Source: a virus. Taken from it: 32,730 bases of DNA. Shown piece after piece: positions 16,570 through 25,205 of the stretch; the first letter of the stretch is position 1; each line of letters starts with the position of its first letter. Below the pieces are notes generated by a model, which was given only the letters and a program-made list of their open reading frames with translations, had not been told where the DNA came from and searched no databases. The position numbers and the translations under genes were made by a program. The stretch is from UHGV virus genome UHGV-0207305; one strand, 5' to 3'.

Positions 16570-17211
16570 TTATTTTTCCATCCAGTGGGTAAAACCTATC
16601 AGTAAACCTTCGATGGAAATCTCATTCAATTCCTCGCCTGCATAAGAAAGTGGTGCGTATGCCGCATTGGCTGCCTGAAGAATAATTTTCCCTTCATCAG
16701 GATAGTAGTAAACTCGCTTTAATGTAGCTTCTCCGCCAATACGGACAGCAGCGATCTGACCGTTTTCAACTTCTTTCTGTTTGCGTATATATACGGTATC
16801 TCCGTCATGGATACCTGCATCGATCATGCTGTCGCCGTGACACGTTAATGCAAAGTCGATCTGTTTTTCTGCTGGTGCTTCCACATAACCTTCCAGATTT
16901 TCTTCTGCTGTAATAGGCTGTCCACAGGCAATATGCCCCACTAACGGTATTTTCTGCATTTGGGGGATCGGCTCAAATCCCGGAGGAATGGGATTTGCTT
17001 CACGAGAATCATCATCACCCATCAAATATGCCGTTGTAGTATTTAATGCTCGTGCAAAAGCTAATACTTTTGATTGGGGAATATCATTGATGCCCATCTC
17101 AATCTTATTGATGGAAGACTTGGATTTATATCCCATACGCTTTGCGAGTGCTTCCTGAGATAGTCCCAACTCTTCTCGTCGCATTTTGATTCGTTGATAT
17201 ATATCAGACAC
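16570..17211 (-). CDS. CI/LexA-like repressor (HTH-XRE plus S24 peptidase)
   Basis: LSQEALAKRMG HTH; ACG cleavage site; GDSM Ser and TLKR Lys catalytic motifs. Confidence 0.93.
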   Translation of the reverse strand: MSDIYQRIKMRREELGLSQEALAKRMGYKSKSSINKIEMGINDIPQSKVLAFARALNTTTAYLMGDDDSREANPIPPGFEPIPQMQKIPLVGHIACGQPITAEENLEGYVEAPAEKQIDFALTCHGDSMIDAGIHDGDTVYIRKQKEVENGQIAAVRIGGEATLKRVYYYPDEGKIILQAANAAYAPLSYAGEELNEISIEGLLIGFTHWMEK

Positions 17212-17234
17212 TTTATCGCCTCCTTAATGATTTT

Positions 17235-17344
17235 ATCATATCACAGCGTGTAATTAAAATCAACTTTTTTTAAAATAAAACTCAAAAAATGTTGACAATC
17301 AGTCAACCTGGTGTTATGATAAAGATGGTAGATTCAAAATCTAC
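17235..17344. promoter_or_regulatory. Divergent lysis/lysogeny promoters with 17-bp operators
   Basis: Minus strand TTGATT-17-TATGAT; plus strand TTGACA-17-TATGAT (17292-17320); palindromes GTTGAC-N5-GTCAAC (17291) and GTAGAT-N5-ATCTAC (17328). Confidence 0.8.
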
Positions 17345-17363
17345 CAGAAAGGGGGTGAACTTT

Positions 17364-17570
17364 TTGACCGATACTGTTGCTTTGCGAAATCGTATCAAAG
17401 AATCTGGGCTTAAGCTTAGTTACGTTGCAAAAGTATTAGGCATTACTGCTTATACGCTTCAGAGAAAACTGGACAACGACGTTGAGTTTAAAGTGAGCGA
17501 GGTAGAAGCGTTGTCAACTCTTCTGCATCTAACCTTAGCAGAAAAGGATGCTTATTTTTTTGCTGTTTGA
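17364..17570 (+). CDS. Cro-like HTH regulator
   Basis: GLKLSYVAKVLGIT..TLQRKL...EFKVSE; divergent from the repressor; GGGGGTG RBS with TTG start. Confidence 0.85.
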   Translation: MTDTVALRNRIKESGLKLSYVAKVLGITAYTLQRKLDNDVEFKVSEVEALSTLLHLTLAEKDAYFFAV

Positions 17571-17587
17571 GTAGACTGTAAATCTAC
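17571..17587. promoter_or_regulatory. Third operator copy downstream of cro
   Basis: GTAGAC-TGTAA-ATCTAC matches the switch palindrome consensus. Confidence 0.65.
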
Positions 17588-17645
17588 AAATCTATCAAAC
17601 TGAGCAGAGGCCAACATAATAACCGCCGTATAGCGGGGAAAGGAA

Positions 17646-17897
17646 GTGAAAAATATGGATCTTGTGTGCTTGAACTGTGGTGCAAAAAGCTACTGCATCG
17701 AAGCGTGTGAGCCCGGCTCCGTTGTGTGCCTGGCAAACCGTTTACGCACCGGCCGGACAAAGACCGATGTTTTGAGCCATGAGGCAGTACCTGCCAACCC
17801 GCAGTATTGTGCATACTGTGGGAAGCCGATGAAGGTAATTGGAACAGAGCGCTTTTGTAATAACGTGCAGTGTCTGAACCGATTTCAGAATGTCTGA
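17646..17897 (+). CDS. Cys-rich (zinc-finger-like) hypothetical protein
   Basis: CxxC motifs; GGGGAAAGGAA upstream. Confidence 0.55.
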   Translation: MKNMDLVCLNCGAKSYCIEACEPGSVVCLANRLRTGRTKTDVLSHEAVPANPQYCAYCGKPMKVIGTERFCNNVQCLNRFQNV

Positions 17898-18126
17898 AGG
17901 GAAGGTGAAAAAAGTGGCCGTTACAATCACACGAGAAGATTTGCTGTCCATGGACAAGGACTATCTGACACCGGCACAGGTTTGCGCAGTTGTTGGCGGT
18001 GATCCGCAATGGATACGATACACCGCAAGAGAAGCACCCCACGAATTAGGGTATCCGGTAACAGTGATCCGTAACCGAGTTAAAATTCCCAGAATCCCGT
18101 TTTGCAAATTTATGGGATGGATATGA
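17890..18126 (+). CDS. Excisionase-like HTH DNA-binding protein
   Basis: YLTPAQV...PVTVIRNRVKIPR..F pattern of MerR/Xis-type winged HTH; early operon position. Confidence 0.65.
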   Translation: MSEGKVKKVAVTITREDLLSMDKDYLTPAQVCAVVGGDPQWIRYTAREAPHELGYPVTVIRNRVKIPRIPFCKFMGWI

Positions 18127-18141
18127 AAGGAGACAAACATC

Positions 18142-18330
18142 ATGACCGAAACCATGATCCTGATTGCGCTGCTGTCGATGGCCGCAGGAGCGCTGCTGAT
18201 GGGCATCGTGCTGGAAATCGCCGAAGCCATTTGGAAGAGACAGGCCCGGAAACGGGCGGAGCAGGAAAAAGCCTGGGTCGATCAGCGGCACAAGGCGATT
18301 ATCCGGGAAATTACGAGGAAAGAAGTGTGA
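18142..18330 (+). CDS. Small membrane protein
   Basis: Hydrophobic N-terminus, basic tail; AAAGGAG RBS. Confidence 0.65.
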   Translation: MTETMILIALLSMAAGALLMGIVLEIAEAIWKRQARKRAEQEKAWVDQRHKAIIREITRKEV

Positions 18331-18332
18331 GT

Positions 18333-18662
18333 ATGGACATCAGAAAGATTACCAGAGAAGAAGTCCTGGCGCTGAAAAACAAGCCTCAGCGGGAAACATT
18401 TTATCGTGATTGGGAAAGCTGGACTCTTGTTGCGGATGTACCGCAGCTGAACGGCATGAAGGTTCGGATGTGCCAGCTGCCGGATGGAACCCGGCTTTCG
18501 GCAACCGTGTTTAATTCCGGAAGATTCCTTCCGAAGAAAACGGTTCATTTCCAGATTATCGCTCCGCACGGGGAGTACGGCCCATACTTTGAATGCAGTT
18601 GGGGAACGCTGGTGGACAAGTTAACGCAGCTCCGGCAGCGGATTGTGAAGGGGGAGTTGTGA
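18333..18662 (+). CDS. Hypothetical protein
   Basis: ATG just after the upstream stop; TGATG coupling to the next gene. Confidence 0.65.
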   Translation: MDIRKITREEVLALKNKPQRETFYRDWESWTLVADVPQLNGMKVRMCQLPDGTRLSATVFNSGRFLPKKTVHFQIIAPHGEYGPYFECSWGTLVDKLTQLRQRIVKGEL

Positions 18663-18886
18663 TGAGCCTCCCAAAAATCGCCCCGTGCAAATGTGGTCGC
18701 CAGCCCGAGCTGATGGAGTACAACTATGTGGACATAAAGGGCTACTACCGCCGCCGGTACTATGTGTACTGCCCGCATTGCGGCGCAGAATCATCCAGCG
18801 TGGAGACCCGGACAAAAGCCATTAAGACCTGGAACTATGGGCAGGAGGGGGATTCAGATGCCGCAGAAAATTCCCGACAGGCGTAA
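18662..18886 (+). CDS. Lar-family restriction alleviation-like protein
   Basis: PCKCG...VYCPHCG...AIKTWN pattern. Confidence 0.7.
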   Translation: MSLPKIAPCKCGRQPELMEYNYVDIKGYYRRRYYVYCPHCGAESSSVETRTKAIKTWNYGQEGDSDAAENSRQA

Positions 18887-19481
18887 ATATTGCCGGGATT
18901 GCATTTATGCCGGCAGCGCTGGAAAATACCCTACCTGCGAATACATCCTGCATACACGCCGCCCGAGGCCTTGCCCGGCCGGAGAGGGCTGCACAGTAAA
19001 GAAAACAATTTTGGAGGAAACTGATATGCCAAAAGCAACCTGGGACAAGGATCGCGCCCTGGCATTATTCCAGGAAGGCGCAGATGACCTTACCATAGCA
19101 GAAGCAGTTGGCGCCACAAAAGACGCCGTTCGAGTGTGGTGAGGGCGAGAACACCTTCTTCGGGCATCAAAGAAAAAGCCTGTTCCTGCTGTCCATGAAA
19201 CAGCGAAAATTTCCAGTGCTGTTGATGTGGAACCGGACGAAGTGTCTGAGCCTATCCCCGATACCCTGAAAGTCAGCCTGGCTGCATTGGATGATGCGCT
19301 TTTTAATTTCGAGGACAGTGTCATGGACCTGATCCGGGAAAGCTTTCACAGGCGCAACGCAGCCATCAGAGAACGGTGCTTGCTCATTATGGAAGTCCTC
19401 AGCGGTGTATATGAGCACATCGAGAAGATGCAAAAAGAAAACGCCGCCCCCAGTGCTGGAACACCGGAGAGCGGCAAGTAA
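18858..19481 (+). pseudogene. Cys-rich/HTH protein interrupted by an in-frame TGA at 19140-19142
   Basis: The same frame continues without further stops to 19481; the TGA falls at the end of the HTH (AVRVW*GREHL). Confidence 0.5.
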
Positions 19482-19525
19482 GAAAGATACAGCCTAAGTA
19501 TAGGCTATTTTGGAGGAAAAAGCAA
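19432..19525 (-). ncRNA. Putative short antisense RNA cassette upstream of the ATPase gene
   Basis: Minus strand TTGCTT-17-TATACT (19525-19497); hairpin 19443-19475 followed by a T-tract. Confidence 0.45.
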
Positions 19526-21469
19526 ATGAAACTTTTGAGACTGACCCTTGACAACTTCAAGGGCACAAAACACTTTTCTCTCGATTTACCGGAGGGATGC
19601 AGCGCGGCCGTATACGGAGAAAACGGCACTGGAAAAACCACCTTGGCGGACGCCTGGTGCTGGCTGCTGTTCGGCGTTGACTCCAAAGGCCAGAGCGACA
19701 GCAAAAACGGCGGCTTCCAGGTGTCTACCAAAGGCACCAGCGGCCTGGACTACTCTGTTTCCGCTGTCATAGAGGTGGACGGCCGCACCCATACCCTGCG
19801 GCGGGTGTACAGGGAAGAATTCAGCCGGAAAAACGGAGAATCGGAAAAAGGACAGGCCAAAAATCACACGGATTACTATCTGGACGATACCCCGCTGAAA
19901 ACCAAAAAGCAGTATGACGCCTTTATCGATACGCTGTTCCCTTCCCGGGAAATCGGCAGAGCGCTGACGATCCCCTCCTATTTCCCCAGAGAGCTGGAGC
20001 CCGGCAGCCGGCGGGAGCTGCTGCTAAAGCTGTTCTCCCCGGAAATTACCGAGGACTCTGTTATGGATCGCCATCCGGAACTGGCTCGGCTGCGTACATA
20101 TAAAGGCTACAAGACCGTAGAACAGTATCGGGATTGGGCGAAAGCCCAGCGCACGGCCGTCAACAAAGAGCTGGACAGTATTCCCGGCCGAATTGATGAA
20201 GCCAACCTTGCAAAGCGTGAAGAAGTTCCTACTCCTGAAGATGACGCAGTGTTCCAGAGATTACAGGCTGAAAAAGCGAAACTAGCCATGAAAATCAGCG
20301 CAATTCGTTCTGGCTCCGCGCAGATGGACGCTATCCGGAGAAAGAGCGAAACGGAAGCCCTTCTCTCCGAACGCCGGGCCACTTATATGGGAAAATTCCT
20401 CCATGCCAACGATGCTCTGAACGCCGATGCTCAGGCACTGCGGAAAGAGATTTCCGACAAAGAGCGGGCAGTGTTTCTCCTCAAACGCAAGAAGGAGGAA
20501 CGGATTTTGTTCATGGAAGGTATCCGGAAGGAAATCGACCATCTGGGTGAGGAGTGGCAGGAGTGGCAGGGAAAGCGCTTCGATGAATCCTCCACTGTCT
20601 GTCCCACCTGCGGACAGCCTTTGCCGCCAGAACAGATACAGGAGGCCCGGGAAAAATTCAATCTGACCCGCAGCGAGACAATTCGGCAAATAGAAGAACA
20701 GGGGACCCAGCTGAGGGAACGCCTGAAGCGGGACTCTGCTGCTGTGAAGGAAGAACAGAAGACCATTACCGCGGCTGAACAGGAGCTTGCAGAACTACAG
20801 GAAAAGCTGGACAAGCTGGCTGCCACCATTGTCACCCCGCCGCCTTTTGAAGAAACGGAGGACTTCCGGAAGCTGACAAAGGAGATCGAAGGTCTGCGGC
20901 AGGAAGAAGCGATACTGAAAGTCAGTGCCGAAAAGCAGATTGCCCCTCTTCTGGAAAAAGAAGAGACAATTCAGCAGCGGTTGGACGAGCTGGCTCGAAA
21001 ACGGCTGAATGTGGAAATGAACCGGCAGCAAGAGCAGCGCATCCGGGACTTGCTGGCCAAACAGAAAGAGCTGAATCTGCAACTGACCACCCTGGATGAT
21101 GGCCTGACCCTTGCGGATCAGTTCATCCGGCTCCGGGCCATGGATCTGGAAGAGGACATCAACAGCCATTTTGAGGTGGTGCGTTGGAAGCTGTTTGATA
21201 TCCAGGTCAACGGCGGAGTGAAAACCTGCTGTGAAGCTACAGCCGATAACGACAATGGAGTATATGTAGAATATAGCTCCAACCTCAATGACGGGCGTCG
21301 CATCCAAGCTGGCGTGGATATCGCCAACGCAGTAGCGAAAGCTACCGGCATTACGGCCCCTATCTGGATAGACGGAGCCGGGGAACTGACCCGGGAACTT
21401 CACACAGACCTGCAGTGCATCCGTTTGTATGCATCTGAAGCTGATAAACAGCTGAGAGTGGAGGTGTGA
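19526..21469 (+). CDS. SbcC/Rad50-like AAA ATPase with coiled coil and zinc hook
   Basis: LDNFKG, Walker A GENGTGKTT, CPTCGQ, LNDG signature-like motif, Walker B IWIDG. Confidence 0.88.
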   Translation: MKLLRLTLDNFKGTKHFSLDLPEGCSAAVYGENGTGKTTLADAWCWLLFGVDSKGQSDSKNGGFQVSTKGTSGLDYSVSAVIEVDGRTHTLRRVYREEFSRKNGESEKGQAKNHTDYYLDDTPLKTKKQYDAFIDTLFPSREIGRALTIPSYFPRELEPGSRRELLLKLFSPEITEDSVMDRHPELARLRTYKGYKTVEQYRDWAKAQRTAVNKELDSIPGRIDEANLAKREEVPTPEDDAVFQRLQAEKAKLAMKISAIRSGSAQMDAIRRKSETEALLSERRATYMGKFLHANDALNADAQALRKEISDKERAVFLLKRKKEERILFMEGIRKEIDHLGEEWQEWQGKRFDESSTVCPTCGQPLPPEQIQEAREKFNLTRSETIRQIEEQGTQLRERLKRDSAAVKEEQKTITAAEQELAELQEKLDKLAATIVTPPPFEETEDFRKLTKEIEGLRQEEAILKVSAEKQIAPLLEKEETIQQRLDELARKRLNVEMNRQQEQRIRDLLAKQKELNLQLTTLDDGLTLADQFIRLRAMDLEEDINSHFEVVRWKLFDIQVNGGVKTCCEATADNDNGVYVEYSSNLNDGRRIQAGVDIANAVAKATGITAPIWIDGAGELTRELHTDLQCIRLYASEADKQLRVEV

Positions 21470-21473
21470 ATTC

Positions 21474-21764
21474 ATGAAGAAGTTCACCACAAAACAAGGA
21501 TATCTCGCATATCGGAGCACAGCCAGAGAGACCACCTATTTGGGCGGGCTTGGAATTTGTGACGATTGCGGAGAATTTGCTGAGGAAGGATTTTTAGTCC
21601 CTGTCCTGAACCACTATATGTGTCCCAAATGTTTTGAAAAATGGCAGTCTCGCGGAACATTTTATCCTGAAGACCTTCCGGCCGAAGCCAGAACTGCCGC
21701 GTATTATGAATATCGAATTCCCATGGACAGCGACAATGAAAATTTTACATATCAGGAGGAATAA
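21474..21764 (+). CDS. Hypothetical protein with two CxxC motifs
   Basis: GICDDC...YMCPKC; GGAGGTG RBS. Confidence 0.7.
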   Translation: MKKFTTKQGYLAYRSTARETTYLGGLGICDDCGEFAEEGFLVPVLNHYMCPKCFEKWQSRGTFYPEDLPAEARTAAYYEYRIPMDSDNENFTYQEE

Positions 21765-21767
21765 GTC

Positions 21768-22586
21768 ATGGCAAACACACTGACCAAAGTAGACCAATTT
21801 AAAGAGGTTATCAATTCCCAGACCATCAAAGCGCAGGTATACAACTGCTTCAAGGACAAGGAAATGGCCGGCGCTTTTCGGAGCTCCATGGTCGACATGT
21901 ATTCCGGGGACAGCTATTTGCAGAAATGCGATCCGGAAAAGGTAGCACTGGAAGCTGTCAAGGCTGCGGCGCTCCATCTGCCGATCATCAAATCCCTTGG
22001 CTATGCCTATGTGGTTCCCTTCAAAAATATCCCCACCTTCACCATCGGATACAAGGGACTGGTACAGCTGGCACAGCGTACCGGCCAGTATAAGATCATC
22101 AATGCCGATGTGGTATACGAAGGTGAACTGAAGGGCTTCGACAAACTTTCCGGTATTCCGGACATTTCCGGCCAGCGGGTTTCTGACAAGGTGGTAGGCT
22201 ATTTCGCCTACTTCCGTCTGCTCAACGGCCACGAGCACGTCTTCTATATGTCCCGGGAAGACATGGTAAAGTATGCGGAGCGGTATTCCCCTTCTTATAA
22301 CAGTCCCAGCAGCCCGTGGAAAACGGAGTTTGATAAGATGGCCATGAAGACCGTACTCCGGCAGCTTATCAGCAAATGGGGTCCCACTTCCACCGAAATG
22401 CAGAAGGTGGAACAGGAGGACGACAAAAGCCCGGTTCCCATTCAGGTACCCAACAAAACCATGATCGACATTGACGCGGAGACCGGCGAGGTTCTTTCCG
22501 CACCTGAAATGAACGATGCTCCGGTGCAAGAGAAAAGCCAGCAGCCCACCAGAGCGCCCTTCATGGATGACATTTTAGATGAGTAA
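21768..22586 (+). CDS. recT: RecT-family single-strand annealing protein
   Basis: LGYAYVVPF, IGYKGLVQLAQRTGQY, SPW and MAMKTVLR motifs. Confidence 0.93.
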   Translation: MANTLTKVDQFKEVINSQTIKAQVYNCFKDKEMAGAFRSSMVDMYSGDSYLQKCDPEKVALEAVKAAALHLPIIKSLGYAYVVPFKNIPTFTIGYKGLVQLAQRTGQYKIINADVVYEGELKGFDKLSGIPDISGQRVSDKVVGYFAYFRLLNGHEHVFYMSREDMVKYAERYSPSYNSPSSPWKTEFDKMAMKTVLRQLISKWGPTSTEMQKVEQEDDKSPVPIQVPNKTMIDIDAETGEVLSAPEMNDAPVQEKSQQPTRAPFMDDILDE

Positions 22587-23304
22587 GGTTTACTGCCTCG
22601 GCTCCGGGAGCAAGAGCAACAGCTACGCCGTGGATGACGGCCGCAGCGTCCTGCTTCTGGAGGCGGGGCTTCCCGCATCAAAAATCACTGCCGGATATCG
22701 GGAACTGCTTCCCCGGGTGGTCGGTTGCCTCATTACCCACGAGCACATGGACCACGCCAGAGGAGCGGCGGAGCTGGCCCGCCGGGGTATTTCCCTGTAT
22801 CTGTCAAAAGGGACCCGGGAAAACATTCCGGGGATTCAGAATCCCTATGCATTGCAGATTGTCCGGGCATATGAGCCCTTTCACCTGTACGAGCAGGGCG
22901 AAGTCCTCTGGACTGTTCTGCCCTGGGCAGCACAGCACGATGCAGCGGAGCCGCTGGGGTTTCTTATCCAGAGCCGCACCACCGGAGAAAAGTTGCTGTT
23001 CGCCACGGACACCTGCTTTATCCCCAACACCTTCCAGGGGCTGCATACCATCATGATCGAGTGCAACTATGACCGGGATATGTTGGAAAGGGCTATTGAA
23101 AACGGCCGCACAGATTCCCGTATTCTGCACCGGCTGGAAATCAGTCATTTCGGCCTGCACAACGTCAAAGCCATGTTGGCTGCCAATGATCTGAGCCAGG
23201 TATCCCGCATCTATCTCCTGCATGTCTCCGCCGCAAATGGGGACAAGCGGACTTTTGAAAGAGAAATCCGGGCATTCACGGGAATCCCGGTCACTGTTTT
23301 TTGA
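22579..23304 (+). CDS. MBL-fold metallo-hydrolase (putative exonuclease)
   Basis: GSGSKSN, THEHMDH, HDAAEP, FATDT and IECNY motifs. Confidence 0.92.
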   Translation: MSKVYCLGSGSKSNSYAVDDGRSVLLLEAGLPASKITAGYRELLPRVVGCLITHEHMDHARGAAELARRGISLYLSKGTRENIPGIQNPYALQIVRAYEPFHLYEQGEVLWTVLPWAAQHDAAEPLGFLIQSRTTGEKLLFATDTCFIPNTFQGLHTIMIECNYDRDMLERAIENGRTDSRILHRLEISHFGLHNVKAMLAANDLSQVSRIYLLHVSAANGDKRTFEREIRAFTGIPVTVF

Positions 23305-23316
23305 GGAGGAACCAGT

Positions 23317-24168
23317 ATGGTCAACAGTATATGGATCGAACTCCATCAGGAAATGCCACGGCATCCCAAAACGCTGGCGCTGGCACAGGCCCTCAAAATC
23401 AGCCGTCGGGAAGCTGTGGGGCTGTTGATTGATCTGTGGACATGGGGACTGAACTGTGCAGATGAGACCGGCCACCTGCGGGGTATTACCAATGAAGGAA
23501 TCGCCATGGCTTTGGATTGGTCCGGCAGGCAAGCTGCCAAACTGGTCAACGCATTGGTGGACTGCGGTTGGATCGACGGCGAAAACGGAAACTATAGTCT
23601 GCACGATTGGGCGGACTATACCAGCCGTCTTTCAGACAAAAGGAAGGACGCGGAGCGAAAACGGGAAGCCCGAAAAAGAGCAAAACAAGCGGACGAATCT
23701 CCCGAAAATCCGCAAAACGTCCCCGGACAGTCCGCGGACAGTCCACGGAAAAACACCGTTAACCCGCGCGCGGGTATAACCAAACCTAACCAAACCAAAC
23801 CATATATAACTACATCTAACAATAACCCAGCATCTATACCGGTAGAGGAGGACGTGTCCGTGGATACGGCTGCGCTGCGTAAGGTGTGTGAGGAATTTTC
23901 TCAGGCTATCCATAAACCCAACGAGAAAGAGCGGGAGCAGCTGCGCCTGCTCCTGGGGGAATACAGCATGTCCACGCTGCTGGCTGCCATCCAGGATGCC
24001 AGCGGAAAAGGTCGCAGTGTGAACTACCTGCGGGCAATTCTGGAAAGCTGGAAACGCACCGGATCAGCGCCAACGACACCCACGAACGCGCCAGAGCCCA
24101 GTTTTGATCTGGAAGAATACGAGCGCACTTCCGGATGGAGTTGTACAGAGGGAGGGAGTTCACCGTGA
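23317..24168 (+). CDS. Replication initiator / replisome organiser with a DnaD-like C-terminus
   Basis: WIELH..HPK N-terminus, HDWADY, NYLRAILESW; internal iterons. Confidence 0.82.
   Translation: MVNSIWIELHQEMPRHPKTLALAQALKISRREAVGLLIDLWTWGLNCADETGHLRGITNEGIAMALDWSGRQAAKLVNALVDCGWIDGENGNYSLHDWADYTSRLSDKRKDAERKREARKRAKQADESPENPQNVPGQSADSPRKNTVNPRAGITKPNQTKPYITTSNNNPASIPVEEDVSVDTAALRKVCEEFSQAIHKPNEKEREQLRLLLGEYSMSTLLAAIQDASGKGRSVNYLRAILESWKRTGSAPTTPTNAPEPSFDLEEYERTSGWSCTEGGSSP
23697..23826. repeat. Putative replication origin: 11-bp iterons plus AC-rich short repeats
   Basis: GTCCCCGGACA, GTCCGCGGACA, GTCCACGGAAA (23719-23751) with two degenerate copies upstream, then AACCA-type repeats. Confidence 0.7.
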
Positions 24169-24608
24169 TTGAATTTACCATTCCCGGAGATCCCCGGGGA
24201 AAGGCCCGTCCCCGTGTTGTACGGCTGAAAAATGGGGCGTCTATGAGTTACACACCGGACAAAACTGTGGCGTATGAGGAGCTGATCCGCCAGCGGTTTC
24301 GGCAGCAATGGCCTTCGACAGAGCTTCCATTCCCGGATAAAACACCGGTATGTGTGATGATTACCGCCTGTTTCAGTATCCCAAAGAGTACCAGCAAAAA
24401 AGCTCGGACCGCTATGCTCAGCGGTCAAACCTATCCCACGAAAAAGCCGGATGTGGACAATGTGGTCAAGATTGTGCTGGATGCCCTCAACGGCTTTGCC
24501 TGGCACGATGATGCACAGGTGATAGACTTGCACATCTCAAAAACCTACACAGAGAGGGAGCCGTTTGTACGGGTAGGATTGAACCGGGCCGAAATGCAGA
24601 AGGAGTGA
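24165..24608 (+). CDS. rusA: RusA-family Holliday junction resolvase
   Basis: GKARPR and KKPDVDNVVKIVLDALNGFAWHDDAQV motifs. Confidence 0.93.
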   Translation: MIEFTIPGDPRGKARPRVVRLKNGASMSYTPDKTVAYEELIRQRFRQQWPSTELPFPDKTPVCVMITACFSIPKSTSKKARTAMLSGQTYPTKKPDVDNVVKIVLDALNGFAWHDDAQVIDLHISKTYTEREPFVRVGLNRAEMQKE

Positions 24609-24614
24609 AATACC

Positions 24615-24887
24615 ATGGGCAAAAAACGAAACTGCCGCCGGACGCCTAATGAACTCCGGCAGCATGAAACAGCGGTGAAAATCCGCAAAATGACCGACCA
24701 GCAGCTGTGTGAATATATCAACGGACTTTCCGCCGCCCGCCCCAGTGTGGAGGATTTCTTCCGCTGCCTGGACAAGCAGGTCGGAAGTGGCAGCGGAATC
24801 AGCACTGGCACCATCCACAAGTTGAGGAAGATTGCCGTGAAGGAAGGGTTTTTGGAGATGCAGAGATGGACAGAGACGTTTTGCTAG
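24615..24887 (+). CDS. Hypothetical phage protein
   Basis: AAGGAG RBS; AVKIRKMTDQQL. Confidence 0.7.
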   Translation: MGKKRNCRRTPNELRQHETAVKIRKMTDQQLCEYINGLSAARPSVEDFFRCLDKQVGSGSGISTGTIHKLRKIAVKEGFLEMQRWTETFC

Positions 24888-24976
24888 AGATTCTGAAGGA
24901 GCTGAAAATTATTCGTGCTCACCTGGAAAAATTGACTGGTGAAAAATTAAAAGCCGGGAAACGGTTTGATTTTTAG
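24866..24976 (+). CDS. Small 36-aa hypothetical protein (not in the ORF track)
   Basis: MDRDVLLEILKELKIIRAHLEKLTGEKLKAGKRFDF; fills the gap between neighbours; GGAG upstream. Confidence 0.4.
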   Translation: MDRDVLLEILKELKIIRAHLEKLTGEKLKAGKRFDF

Positions 24977-24986
24977 GAGGACGACT

Positions 24987-25205
24987 ATGGATGCTATAAG
25001 AGAAGCTGCTATCATGCAGGAAGAGTATCAGAGGCTTGTGGATGAAAGAAAATTGACCAAGAGGGCCATGTGTAATCTGTGCGTACCATTCCGGGACAAG
25101 TATGGCCTGACTGATTTGCAAACACTCAGGATTGCCAGAAAGGAAATGGACTTGATGGAAATGGTCGAGCTTTTGCATCCGAAGGAGGCCTACCATGAAG
25201 ATTGA
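24987..25205 (+). CDS. Hypothetical protein
   Basis: AGGAGG RBS before ATG 24987. Confidence 0.65.
   Translation: MDAIREAAIMQEEYQRLVDERKLTKRAMCNLCVPFRDKYGLTDLQTLRIARKEMDLMEMVELLHPKEAYHED

Noticed and set aside
19140..19142. Genome-wide TGA recoding or selenocysteine
   Set aside because: TGA is a normal stop in many coupled gene pairs here, and the context suggests Arg rather than Cys.
21071..21088. Fourth Prp site (LNLQLT) in the SbcC-like ATPase
   Set aside because: It is internal to a coiled coil and lacks the F/A cleavage residues.
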